From Octopus sinensis (Eukaryota): a DNA stretch of 64,000 nt. Position numbers and translations under genes: made by a program. Each line of letters begins with the position of its first letter. Within the stretch, counting starts at the first letter, position 1. The notes beneath the pieces were generated by a model. That model did no database searches, was not told the DNA's origin, and was given only the letters and a program-made list of their open reading frames with translations. Location: positions 111,042,001 through 111,106,000 of the forward strand of contig NC_043001.1 of NCBI RefSeq assembly GCF_006345805.1, read 5' to 3'. This document shows, in pieces, positions 38,551 through 51,405 of this stretch.

Positions 38551-39964
38551 TGATAAACACTTATTTATCCTGTTGTTACCTGTATTCTACGTGCATAGTG
38601 TGCCTGCACAGCAATGCCCGGATACCGATAGTACATACGGATATCTTATCCCCTAGTCGGTTATCATAACCACTAACTCTGTTTACACTATATAAATATA
38701 TATATATATAATAAATGAAAGACAGACGATGGAATATACGAGAATGTAATATTAATCACAACAATTGCTTCGACACATCTAGCATCAACTTCTTTTGTAG
38801 GACACACAAAATCTGGTTCAGGAGTATCTGGTGGTGTAGACGTATTTCGTTGGGTGATAAAAAAAAAACTCTTTAAAATCACAGTTCCATAATGCAACTT
38901 TTTGTTTTGTAGAGAGAAAAACAGCCAGACGGAGGAAAATTCTTCATATATATAGAAAATCCAAAGATAAAATTGCAGAAGATAAAAATAGAAACGAACA
39001 CTTAATCGAGCGAGAAAAGTATTGAAAATAACCGTTAACAGATATGGATGTATAAACGCCCTCGGCCAAGCTGCATGGCAGGAGTACACGCGCTCATACA
39101 AGCATTAGCATTAGCAAAAATGTGAGCATATGCAGATGAGAGAGTAGTCGAACACATGGTTACAAAGCGAGTTAAATATTTAGTAGGTGTTTAGAAGAAC
39201 GGGTTTAAAGTGAATTTAAGTCATCCATACCTTCAAATAAAATAAAATAAAATTACACTGAGTTAACGTTTACTCAGAATTCACTCTCACTGCTTTGTGC
39301 GAAAGTACATTTATATGCGTGTAGGTATCACGATAGCCTTTCAGAAATTCTATTAAGCATCGTTCCGTTAGTCCATAGAATAGAGAGGGATTCCTCGGAG
39401 CAGAGACGGCATCTCCTGGAAATTGCACTGTATGTTTTTGCATGTCTAACTATGAACTAAGTAATGTAGTATTTCGTGTTAGCCTCCATCAGTCGCCAAA
39501 TAAATATATACCAATTCTGAAGTGCTGCTACACATGAAACATATGTAGCCTGGATTTTATCAACTCTGTTCCTTGAATTTGGAATTTTTTTGGCGCATAC
39601 ATGGCAACTGAATTTCTTATGCATGAACAATAAAATATCTTTTTTTACCTTATCGAAATTCGATATGGAGAAGATTTACAACCTTCTACGTCAATAAAAA
39701 ACTATCGATCCTAAAAAATTGTTCTTTTATACCTTTCATGGATTGCTCCGAGCTTAGTAATTTCTCGACCTCCATCGTTGAATCTTACCTTTACATTGTG
39801 TATATTCCGAGTGGGTGTAAATATATATATATATATATATAAAATTATAAATGAGGGTGAAAAAATCGATATTAATTTAATAATAATACGTAATTTAACA
39901 CCAAGTGGCTTAGCACAAAACTACGGAGGAAATACAATTTATACATAAATTATTAGAGAGTCAT

Positions 39965-40088
39965 CCACTATGTGGATAACTCTAGTGCTAAAAATAGCTC
40001 CGAAGCAACCACAGAAGATCCGTTTCCGTGAACGGATCTTCTGTGGTTGCTTCGAGCTATTTTTAGCACTAGAGTTATCCACAGGTGG
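39965..40088. repeat. Near-perfect palindrome (arms ~58 bp, 6-bp loop tccgtg)
   Basis: tgtggataactctagtgctaaaaatagctc..cacagaagatccgtt and its reverse complement. Confidence 0.9.
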
Positions 40089-40196
40089 ATACTCTTATAT
40101 ATATATATATATATAATATATATATATATAATATATATATATAATATACATGAGTGTACGTGTGTATGCACGTATGTATGCACGCATGTATGCACG

Positions 40197-40229
<33 letters not shown>

Positions 40230-40231
<2 letters not shown>

Positions 40232-40337
40232 TACTAGCTTCGGTAGTACATATACTAAAATTGAAGCGATGCAGAGTAGATTAGCATGGCCCCTGTGCAA
40301 GGATGACACGCAAATTCGTGAAGTGTTCCATATTCTT
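40230..40337 (+). pseudogene. U6: U6 snRNA pseudogene (full length)
   Basis: Matches U6 (cttcgg..acatatactaaaatt..gattagcatggcccctg.gcaaggatgacacgcaaattcgtgaag.gttccatatt). The ACAGAGA box reads GCAGAGT, and upstream is (TA)n(TG)n with no evident promoter. Confidence 0.9.
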
Positions 40338-40340
40338 CTA

Positions 40341-40503
40341 GTCGCAGGAGTAGCTGTGTGGTAAGTAGCTTATTACCAACAACATAGTTCCGGTTTCAGT
40401 CCCATTAAACGGTACCTTGGTAAAGTGTCTTCTACTATAGCCTCGGGCCGACCAAATCTTTCTAAGTAGATTTGGTAAACGTAAAATGAAAGAAACCCGT
40501 CGT

Positions 40504-40543
<40 letters not shown>

Positions 40544-40967
40544 CAATCTTACTTAGAAAGGGATGCGTGCGTTCTGTCATATAATAAATTAATAAATAAA
40601 TAAAACATATGCATATATACATACATATATGTACGTACCTACTTCTACATGTATATATACATGCATATATGGGTACAGGACACCCAACAAAACGTCGAAC
40701 ACAATGAGAAACGAAAACATAAACACAAAACCAAGGACATGGTTATTTTTTTTAAACAACGGAAAAATAGAGTACAGGACATACAAAACAGGGAAAATTC
40801 CCCTTCTTCAGTCGCCTTAATTTCATCTACTCCACGTTTCGAAGGTCAAGGCGTGTTCGACGTTTTTTTGGTGTCCTTTACCCATATATGCATGCATATA
40901 TACATGTAGAGGTAGGTACGTACATATATGTATGAATATATCCATATGTTTTATTTATTTATTAATT

Positions 40968-41015
<48 letters not shown>

Positions 41016-41240
41016 ATATATATATATGTATGTATGTATATAATATCTGTATTTATATCTGTATTTATATGATTGACAACCGATGGTGGTGTGTTTAAGA
41101 CCCGTGACTTAGCAGTTTGGCAAAATACACCGATTGAATAAGTACTAGGCTTACAAAGTCCTGGGTGCGATTTGCTCGACTAAAGGCGGTGCTACAGCAT
41201 GGCCCCAGTCAAATCTGAAACAAATGAAAAAATTAAAGAA
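40341..41240 (+). mobile_element. SINE family E: head 40341-40505, internal (TA)n carrying a fold-back insertion (40585-40970), tail 41070-41240
   Basis: gcaggagtagctgtgtggtaagtagc.. head and gacaaccgatggtggtgtgttt..gcatggcc tail. Confidence 0.75.
40585..40970. repeat. Fold-back of PLE-like terminal repeat P2 (arms ~120 bp, spacer ~150 bp)
   Basis: gtacgtacctac..catatatgggta..aacgtcgaacac / gtgttcgacgtt..tacccatatatg..gtaggtacgtac. Confidence 0.85.
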
Positions 41241-41256
41241 TAAAAGTATATATACA

Positions 41257-41292
<36 letters not shown>

Positions 41293-41335
41293 TGCACATA
41301 TATACATACACAGACACACACTCATATATATATAC

Positions 41336-41370
<35 letters not shown>

Positions 41371-41398
41371 GCATGTATATATATATATAATATATATA

Positions 41399-41449
<51 letters not shown>

Positions 41450-42212
41450 TATGTGTATCTATGTATAAATTTAATATGAGCAAAATTTGCAATATTTCGC
41501 CTTAAAGGGGAATTATGATTGTCACAAAATGTGACTGGGGTGTTAAAAACACCTACATTAGTAATGAGAATTAAAATGAGAATTAAATTGCTTTAATGCT
41601 GTAGTCAACGCAAATTAATATAAAATTTTTCGATGCCGAACGACAATTCTTAATATTGACGTCAATTCCGGCAATTTCCGTTGCCTCATCAGTTAAGGCT
41701 GGCTCAAACTTCGCCGCTTTCCAGACCCGACACTCTATTTGTGTATATGTTTTCGTCATTCAATTCAATGGATGATTTAGCGATTCGATAATGTGTATAC
41801 ATAAAATTAATACAAACAGCAGTTTATGAAATTTTTCACCAATTAAGGAGTATTATAATTGTCACTAAATGTAACTAGGGCGGTAGAAATACATAAACTG
41901 CTAGGAATAAGAGCTAAAATATTCTAAAGCTGTAGTCAACGCTCATAACTATAAAAAGAAACACTAGACAAACGTAGAATACACACACATACACACTTAG
42001 AAATTGTGGCATAAGGTTACCGAACTTCAAAGATTTAAATGCGTATACAGTTTGCTTTTGAAAGTTATTAGTTGTTTCCTTGCAATGTGCCAAAAAATCT
42101 AAAATGGTTGCTAATAAATTTCAAAATGTATGTTAACACATATAACCACGCATACACGCATCCATCATTCCGTCCATAAATACATACGTACACAAACTTA
42201 CGTATTCATGTG

Positions 42213-42244
<32 letters not shown>

Positions 42245-42269
42245 ATATATATATATGTGTGGTGTGTGT

Positions 42270-42575
42270 GTATCACCGTGATCATCGTGACCGACCAGGC
42301 TATCAGATGTTGCTACACATCGCTGGTCACAATGCGCTTCGCATTGTTTAACCTTCAAATGACGCCATCCCGCTGGCTAAGCGCGCAGGCCAACAGAAGA
42401 AAGAGTGAGAAAAAGTTGTGGCGAAAGAGTACAGCAGGGATCGCCACCACCACCCCTTGCCGGATACTCGTGGAACCTTTTAGGTGTTTTTGCTGCTTAA
42501 TAAACACTCACAACGCCCGGTCTGGTAATTGAAACCGCGAGTCTGCTGCCCTAACAATTGGGCCATTGCGCGTCC
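42270..42575 (-). mobile_element. SINE family B, long form
   Basis: Aligns with 60178-60487. Confidence 0.85.
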
Positions 42576-42607
42576 ACATATATGTATATATGTATATACG
42601 TATATAC

Positions 42608-42647
<40 letters not shown>

Positions 42648-42704
42648 ATGTGTATGTGTGTGTGTGTGTGTGTATATATGTATGTATGTATATATATACA
42701 TATA

Positions 42705-42762
<58 letters not shown>

Positions 42763-43498
42763 GAGAACGTGCAATTATTTGTAATGGTGATGAATCTCTT
42801 TTATGTGTGTCCATTTGTGTAGGTAGTTTCATATGTAAAGATATCAAATACGTAACATATTCATGTAAAACGAGACTGCTATATTATTTTCCATATTCTG
42901 CGTAACTTTTGGCATATGGAGATATATCAGAGAAAAGTAATAAGGAGACGTAGTAACCACGTACGAAACAAAGATGAAAAGAGAAAAAACGAAATCTAAC
43001 ACAATGTTTGATAAGGAATACTTTTTCACTTCTATTTGTGAAACTGAACTTTTCCCATGTTTTTTTCTTCTTTTATGGGAACGCTCTAGATTCTAGGTCT
43101 CTTTAATTTTTTTCTCTTTAGAACATTTAGCTTTGTCTCACATAAGAATGGTTGATTTTTAAAACTGGTGGTATGTATATATAAACATCTATGTTATTAC
43201 TACCTTGTGTTTCTCTTTATATAAGTGGACCTATACATCTGTATGTACATATGAAACGTTAGTGTGTATATACATCGCCTGTTTTCTATTTATCTTAAAC
43301 ATACGATGACATAAAACTTATGTTCAGGAAGTTTATCACGAGACAAAAATTCTTGGCTAAAATAGCACCTGCTCTATTATATATTATCGGATGATTTGGC
43401 ATGTCTCTCTCGTTTTATCTATAAGCAGATTTGTACGAATGTATGTATGTTTGTAAGCATTTGTGTACGTGTCTCACTAGTCTTGGGTAATATATTAT

Positions 43499-43590
<92 letters not shown>

Positions 43591-44067
43591 TGTATATATA
43601 TATATATATATATACACATATATATCACGTACATATATGTATTTATATATATGAACATATATATATATATATATAAGTATTTATATATATGTATATATAT
43701 ATATATATACGTATCTATGTATGTTTGTATGTATGTATTATACACAGACGGATAAGCACTCATGGATATGTTACGTAACTATAAGTAGAAATGCGCTTAA
43801 GCACTTGTTTAGCGCCCTCATACACAAGCACCGTCATATAAATATAAAGATATATATATATATATATATATGTATGCATACATACACATACACACACATT
43901 ATATATATACACCCTGAACTAAATATATGTCCATGTAACACGTTTATATACTTTTAATATTTTAATATGATCATGTATGCACAAACAAGCACACAATCTC
44001 GTACATTATGTGTGCGTATATACTTATCGGTCTATCTATCTATCTATCTTTCTATCTATCTACCTAC

Positions 44068-44130
<63 letters not shown>

Positions 44131-44133
44131 CTC

Positions 44134-44164
<31 letters not shown>

Positions 44165-44173
44165 AGATATATG

Positions 44174-44204
<31 letters not shown>

Positions 44205-44877
44205 CTGTGTATGTATGTATAGAGAGATAGATAAATGGATGAATGGATAGATATATAGATAAATAGATAGAAAAATAAATACACTAATAAATAAATACAT
44301 ACATACACACATACATACATACATGCATGCATATATGCACCCGTATGCCCATATGGACGCATATACACATACGCACACTTCATACTTTGTTTTTGGGAGC
44401 GGGTCTTTGCATGTGTTTTACGTACGCCCAGCCGTATGGTTTTTGCGTGAGTATTTGTAGATCTTCCGTCTTCACAAACAATAAACATCCGGTGTGAACA
44501 TGTTACAATATCCGTGTCAAAATGCGAAGTGGCATAGAGGAATCTTGCAAAAAAAAGCGAGAATGTTCTCAAAATTCTGTTTCCTATGAAACGGCCGCTG
44601 CAACACCATCCCACTTAAAGCGCTAGCATCTTTAATACATTCAAGTATTCGTATTATTACACTCAAAATCTTCCAGTCTTGAAGGATGTATGTTCCGATG
44701 TGTTGGAGAAATTGAAATATACCAGACTACCATCATGAAAATATACATTTCTATGTCATTTTTGAAGACCTTAAAATATAGTTAAGTGAAGAGATTACAC
44801 ACGCCAGCGCGCATACATGCGCACATATGCCTAAGCACACACACACCACACACACACACACACAACACACACACACA

Positions 44878-45270
44878 AAGGCGGTGAACTGGCAGAATGG
44901 TTAGCACGCCGGGCGAAATGCTTAGCGGTATTTCATCTGCCGTTACGTCCTCAGTTCAAATTCCGCCGAGGTTGACTTTGCCTTTCATCCTTTCGAGGTA
45001 GATTAAATAAGTACCAGTTACGCACTGGAGTCGATATAATCGTCTTAATCCATCTCTCTGTCCTTGTATGTCTGCTCTGTGGGCAGTAAAGGTATTTCGT
45101 CTGCCGCTACGTTCTGTGTTCAAATTCCGCCGATGTCGACTTTGCCTTTCATCCTTACGGGGTCTATATATTAAATACCAGTTCCGCACTCCGGTCGATG
45201 TAATCGACTTAATCCTTTTGTCCTTGTTTGTCCCCACTATGTTTAGTCCCTTGAGGGCAATAAAGAAATA
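44878..45270 (+). mobile_element. SINE family A, dimeric form
   Basis: Same dimer junction as 30550-30950. Confidence 0.85.
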
Positions 45271-45439
45271 AGATACACACACAAGCAGGCACTCAAGCAC
45301 ATACACACAAGCACACGCACACACAATCACACACACATACACAAGCACGCACAAACACACACACACACTCGCACATGGACAGACACATTCACAGACAAGC
45401 ACACGCATATAGATACATACGCACAAGCACAGTCCATTG

Positions 45440-45595
45440 CAGCGTTACCCATTTTTGCCAGCTGAGTGGACTGGAGCAACGTGAAATGAAGTCTTTTGCT
45501 CAAGAAGACAACGCGTCGCCAGGTCCAGGAATCGAAACCACAATCTTACGATCATGATGCTGGCACCCTAACCACTAAGCTACGTGCTTCCACGC
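45440..45595 (-). mobile_element. SINE family F head
   Basis: Reverse complement gtagcttagtggttagggtg..ggtttcgattcctgg..tcttgagcaaaagac; matches 57475-57580. Confidence 0.7.
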
Positions 45596-47111
45596 ATTCC
45601 TGTGCTATCACATCTATTTCATATCCCTCAAAGTAAGTGAGAATACATATGCGAGTGTGTGTGTGCTCTACAGGTGTCCTAGGTTTTGTCGCTTCTCATT
45701 TGATTAGATAAGAAAATATTTGAAGCGATTGTGGGAGATGTGTAATTTATAAAAAAAAAATTCCACCTGATAAACAATTAAGTTAAATTGGATGGAGATG
45801 GCGAAAACCATTTTAGTGCTGTTTCCAAGTGAATATTTAAAAATCATCAACAAATGGCAATAATTCACTGCTGTAATTCTTTTGTTCTCAAGTTAATATG
45901 TTATTCGTCAACAGCAGTATTAGTCTTCAAACAATTTTTACGACTGCTTCCACAGAACCGTCATAAGCAGACTAGAATTTCACATGTTTCATGAAAATAA
46001 ATTAGATGAAAAATGAAATGAAAGGATGAAAATGATTTATTAGCAATTTGGTAATTTTATGCTTTATTTTAAACTTCTATGAACAACATTTCTGAATATT
46101 TAAATGGAATAGATTAGAAAGAAACTAAATGAAACGGGATTTACGGACAAGTTAAAGTGTCCGTAAATTTTATTATAAAGAAATAATGATATTTAATGCA
46201 TTCGTTGGATTATCTATAGCAATCACTTCAAGCGTAATTGACATCCTTTTTCTTGAATAGAGAAGAAAAAAACCTCTTGTCTGGATTCATGTAATTATGT
46301 GCTGAACCACAGTCATTAAGCTCAGCTCGGCATGATAGACGACACTTGTCCATTTTACTATACTCGCAGTTGTGCAAATGTTCATTGCTTAGTACAATAT
46401 AGAACATCAAATGACTGGATCACAGAGGCAGCTTGTAGGAAACGGAAATTATAACACAAGGTATGATGATATATTTAAGAAACTTCGCTTTGTTGCGAAA
46501 ATAATGCACCATGGTTCAAACACGATTATCTCAGAATTTAACGTTTGTATCAACTTTTATGAAAGCCATTCTCAGTTATCTCTTATACAAACGACCTGCA
46601 TATTTTCAATTAATCATTAATCATTAATCATTCAACAATAAAATTAAAGATGATATATTTCTTTCCATTTCTAGTGTAATTTTCGTAATGGCTGTAGTTA
46701 TTTTCATTCAATTTAATTTAAATTGATTAATTATTATTTTCTACCAACCACAAATTTTAAACGAAATGAGTTATTCTGTTACTGTGCGATGTCTCCTTTG
46801 AGCTAGAAAATATATGAACTAATCTGATATATTAGGCATAATTTGCGTCGCTTTAAAGAAGAGTATAATAAATACATCGCACATTCCATTCATCCATAGC
46901 TATAAGGAACTTTCTAATATGCATTCGGCACCGCGATCTCCATGTTATTGCATGACATGCAAATTCTTGTGAAATGCAAAGTACGTTTTTTTTTATGAGA
47001 AACAACCCCTCAAAAAATAGCATCTCAACAATTACTGTGTTTTTTGCTATACCTATCATAATTATACATTTTAATGTTTTATTTTTAATGAATTACTGAA
47101 AAATGAGACTT

Positions 47112-47151
<40 letters not shown>

Positions 47152-47177
47152 AAGGGTGGAAAGGAACACACGAGTTG

Positions 47178-47631
47178 ATATATATGAAAAAACAAGTCAA
47201 AAATAGAAAATGCTAAGATAATTTTATAGTGAATCTTTCAGTACCGGTTTCGGTCATTTTGAGACCTTCAAACTGTAACGATTAAATAATTAAATTTAGA
47301 AAAATTAGAAGAAAAGTTTTTTTAAAAGAATATTTCTATAGTAGTGTTCAGATATAAGTGGCATTCTGCCTTTCTCTGACTCCCTTGTTTGCACTTGTGT
47401 GTTCGAGGTCGACCTCGAACACACAAGTGCAAACAAGGGAGTCAGAGAAAGGCAGAATGCCACTTATATCTGAACACTACTATAGAAATATTCTTTTAAA
47501 AAAACTTTTCTTCTAATTTTTCTAAATTTAATTATTTAATCGTTACAGTTTGAAGGTCTCAAAATGACCGAAACCGGTACTGAAAGATTCACTATAAAAT
47601 TATCTTAGCATTTTCTATTTTTGACTTGTTT

Positions 47632-47643
<12 letters not shown>
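47178..47643. repeat. Perfect spacerless palindrome, ~233-bp arms, centre 47410/47411
   Basis: Centre gttcgaggtc|gacctcgaac; no mismatch seen between arms. Each arm has a core-defective hammerhead-like motif (cag tttga a ggtc..gacc gaaa ccgg ta ctg). Confidence 0.92.
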
Positions 47644-47667
<24 letters not shown>

Positions 47668-47669
<2 letters not shown>

Positions 47670-47790
47670 CGTAGGCTCGAAACGTAAAATACTTTTTTTC
47701 TATTCCCGAGCATTATACTAATACATCTGTTTGTTTTGTACACCACCTGTCTTCGTCTTTTGTTTTTTTCGTAAACTCTCTCTATATATG
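47668..47790 (+). mobile_element. PLE-type terminal repeat P1, 5'-truncated at (TA)n
   Basis: gcgtaggctcgaaacgtaaaa..ctaatacatctgtttg..cctgtcttcgtctttt. Confidence 0.65.
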
Positions 47791-47914
47791 GGTGGGGTGT
47801 ATGCGTTTGTATGTGCATGTGTACTCAAGATATAATGAAGAATAGAGAAGAATTATATCTCTTCAACATTGACACGTGTTTCTGCTAGATAAGTGGCCTT
47901 TTGTGACCTTTACT

Positions 47915-48066
47915 GTAGCAGTTATGTGCATTTAGTTGATTTATACATTATTTACATTATTTATATTTGATGCACATTTCTCCCCATCTTGATTGTTGTT
48001 AACACAACATTTCGACTGATATACCCGCCAGCCTTCATCAGGTGTCTTGGGGAAGTTTCAAACCTG
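47915..48066 (-). mobile_element. Family C tail with hammerhead at 48001-48046
   Basis: GACAC CTGATGA A GGCTG gcgggtatat CAGTC GAAA TG TT|GTGTT; the changes are G.U wobbles only. Confidence 0.75.
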
Positions 48067-48340
48067 ATGATTTGGCCACCCCACGCGTCTCTCTCCGTGA
48101 CACATGCGTCTCTTTAGCGCTCACCCCTCCTACGCAACGCCCTCATTCCGTGGTGGAAAAGTAGAGCAGGCTCTCGTCAGAGAAGACTATTGACCTCCAT
48201 TGTTGATGCCGCCAATGTCGGTGCTGTGTAGTCCACTGTAGACGCGCCTGACTGAGAAGAATGATGAGGACATGCCTGGGCGATATCACCCGGGCGCGCC
48301 TAATGCGCCCTCGGCCTGCAGTGCTGTTGGTAAAGGTGAT
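48067..48340 (-). mobile_element. Tc1 transposase internal fragment
   Basis: ARLQWTTQHRHWRHQQWRSIVFSDES followed, after a frameshift, by RRGER*RDACVTERDAWGG. Confidence 0.85.
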
Positions 48341-48409
48341 TAGGTGATGGTTTAGGGCTTAGAAGCGGGAGGCCCCTGACCTTGCTAAAAAAAAAGAAAC
48401 TTTAGTCCT

Positions 48410-48640
48410 CTTGTAGTCGAGGGCTCTTCATTGACGCCCGACACCACTGAGAGGTGGCCCTCGAAGTCGCTGGAAATGGAGATCTCCAGGTCCAAATACT
48501 TGAACGGCTGCTGTTGGTGGTGTAACGCTGTTGCACACAATAGATGGGGCTGACAGGGACATTGTAAGCTTTCCTGCTTGCAATCGGCCGAAAGCTTGTC
48601 CTCTCTGCGCTGCTGGCAATCAGGCCATTTCTGATGCGTC
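48410..48640 (-). mobile_element. Possible R2/NeSL-like RT fragment (domains 5-7)
   Basis: LIASSAE, SFRP and QQPFKYLDLEI spread over two frames; GC-rich relative to the flanks. Confidence 0.35.
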
Positions 48641-50000
48641 CCAATTACGAATGCCAGGAACGCTGTTCAAGTTGATTTCTATAGCCATAACCTCTACGAG
48701 GTGCGCCTGCATTTCCGTTTCCATGGCAATTGCTTGCAACTGCCACCCACGGCAGTCAACGCAGCTGCGTTTTGGCGTCTCATTTCAAGGAATGTTGAAA
48801 GGTTATCTGCAATTTAGGTTTCCGCCATAAACCGGCATGTCTTGGAATATTTACACTTACTTCACCGAAATACATTTCCATAATTTACCGTATGAAAATG
48901 ACATTTGAAAAAAATTGCGTTTCTTTTGCGGCGGCTCAGTGTAGTTGAGCCATATTATAAACATTCAAATCCTGGATGTTATCTTTATCATCTCTAATCG
49001 CATGTTTCGTCTTGTTTGATATTTCGTAGCTGATATTTTCATTAGCATCGTAATTTTCTCGTTACTAAAAGAGAGTATTATAAATTACCATCCTTAAGTG
49101 GAATGGTATTGTACACTTTGAGTGTTTAACTAAAACTACGTGAAATTTAAACAGTTCTTAATGAACACTTGTATACAAAATAAGTTTCTTTAAAATAGCC
49201 AACACTATTTAAAGACATTTATAGAAATTTGGTTACTATGGTATCAGGTATATATCTGTGGAATATAACAATACTTACGGCTGTTGGTATACATGTGTAC
49301 CTGATGATAATTTATGCTCCACGAACACTTCAAGTGATTGAAGTATTCCTATCGAAAGTTTAATGTGTACATATGGCCTCAGTAAATTTATTAATCTTTG
49401 AAAGTCAAGTGTTTTTTTGTTTTTTCTTTCTACTTGCAGTGTTCGTCTTTTTGATTGGCTCACATTCCTTTGTTTATATTCGGTCTCAACTTTATTTCGG
49501 TCGTCCCTAGTGAGGTCTGCAATTGTGTTGTTGAACTTGTCATTCATAATCGTGATTTATTGCTTCCCAAGTAGATTTGAAGATGGGAATATACTATCCT
49601 GCTTACACGAATCTGAAGAAAAAAAAATATATATTATATATAGAGAGAGAGAGCAAATACAAACACTTACACAGACAAAGACACAAAAGTACACATGCAA
49701 ACACACACACACATATACTTATAATTTTTCATTGAACTCAAAGCCAGTTCTTCGATTCTGTTCGATAAAATGTTACAATGCTTCTAATTTAGTAATGACT
49801 CTATTCTCTCGGGAGAAAATATGAGAGCGATTGTCTGTCTTTTATTTCAGTAATGCTTAAGCCGCTAACCGTCAAACACACGTCATCTCGGATGACTTCG
49901 AAAGGATATAAATAAATGTAGTTACCATCACATGAATACTGATACAGACATGTTAGATACAGACACAGACAAACAAATACATATACGTGTATATATTATA

Positions 50001-50044
<44 letters not shown>

Positions 50045-50064
50045 TATATATATAATATATATAT

Positions 50065-50123
<59 letters not shown>

Positions 50124-50124
50124 T

Positions 50125-50155
<31 letters not shown>

Positions 50156-50161
50156 TATAGA

Positions 50162-50213
<52 letters not shown>

Positions 50214-50216
50214 TAG

Positions 50217-50261
<45 letters not shown>

Positions 50262-50324
50262 TAGATAGATAGATAATAGATAGATAGATAGATAGATAGA
50301 TAGACAGACAGACGACAGACAGAC

Positions 50325-50386
<62 letters not shown>

Positions 50387-50448
50387 ATAGACAGATAGAC
50401 AGACAGATAGATAAATAGATAGTTAGATAGATAGATAGATAGATAGAT

Positions 50449-50479
<31 letters not shown>

Positions 50480-50590
50480 AAGATAGATAGACAGACAGAT
50501 AGATAAATAGATAGATAGATAGATATATATATATATATATATAGATAGATATATAGATAGATAGACAGACATATAGATAAATAGATAGTT
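50065..50590. repeat. Long (GATA)n/(GACA)n microsatellite
   Basis: Direct reading; resumes at 51123-51235. Confidence 0.95.
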
Positions 50591-51122
50591 AGATATGTTT
50601 CTTTATTAGCCACACAGGGCTGCACACAGATAGAACAAATTACAAGGTAGAGCTTTTCTTTAAGGTATTAAAAAAAAAAAAAAAAAAAAAGGAAGGGGGA
50701 GGTTCGATCAAAAGGGATCGTAAAAGGAGAGAAAGAGGACAAAAAAAAGGGGGGGGGTAAAAAAAAAAAAAAAAAAAAAAGGGGGGGAGAGGAAAAAAAA
50801 ATTGATCAATAGGGATCGTTATCACAGAAATGTCAATATGAAGTGTAAAGGGGAGGACAGGTGAGGTTTACCCGTGGAAAGAAAAGCCTACGGAAAAGAC
50901 CACGGTAACCTCGGTCAATGAAGTCACATTTTATATTTCTTTTTTTTTTTTTTTTTTGCAAATAAGCAACTCTCTGTTTTCGATTCTGGGTTCATAGGAC
51001 TATGCTCAAGGTGGCTTCGTCATTCATACGTGCCATTCTTGCTACATTCACCCATCTTTTTTTAAAACATTCGCTAGACAAAACTTGCCTCTCTACTCTC
51101 ACTTTCCTTTTCAAGTGGTACT
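50585..51122 (-). mobile_element. 3' end of a Tx1/L1-like LINE embedded in (GATA)n
   Basis: Minus ORF end KYHLKRKVRVERQVLSSECFKKRW..SIVL*, a pyrimidine-rich 3' UTR, then ggctaataaagaaacatatct running into (ATCT)n. Confidence 0.55.
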
Positions 51123-51136
51123 TGAGATAGATAGAG

Positions 51137-51210
<74 letters not shown>

Positions 51211-51405
51211 GTGGATAGATAGGTAGATAGGTAGACATATAGGTGTGTACGTGTGTACAAATACATATTTGTGTATGTATGTTTGTATGTAAGAATATAC
51301 ATAGACAAACCGACCCACATACAGAGATATGTATGTGTGTATGTATGTATGTATATATATATATATATATAGATAAGAAAGTTTGTTTGGTAAAGCACGT
51401 GGGTG

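Noticed and set aside
44390-44614. Non-repetitive part of a 146-aa minus ORF
   Set aside because: No recognisable motif; the ORF length is inflated by microsatellites.
49295-49375. CTGATGA..TATCGAAAG motif
   Set aside because: No consistent stem II, stem III or cleavage triplet.
49417-49560. Strong-looking 3' splice site (ttctttctacttgcag) and ORF
   Set aside because: No identifiable protein and no convincing donor; such motifs are common in T-rich DNA.
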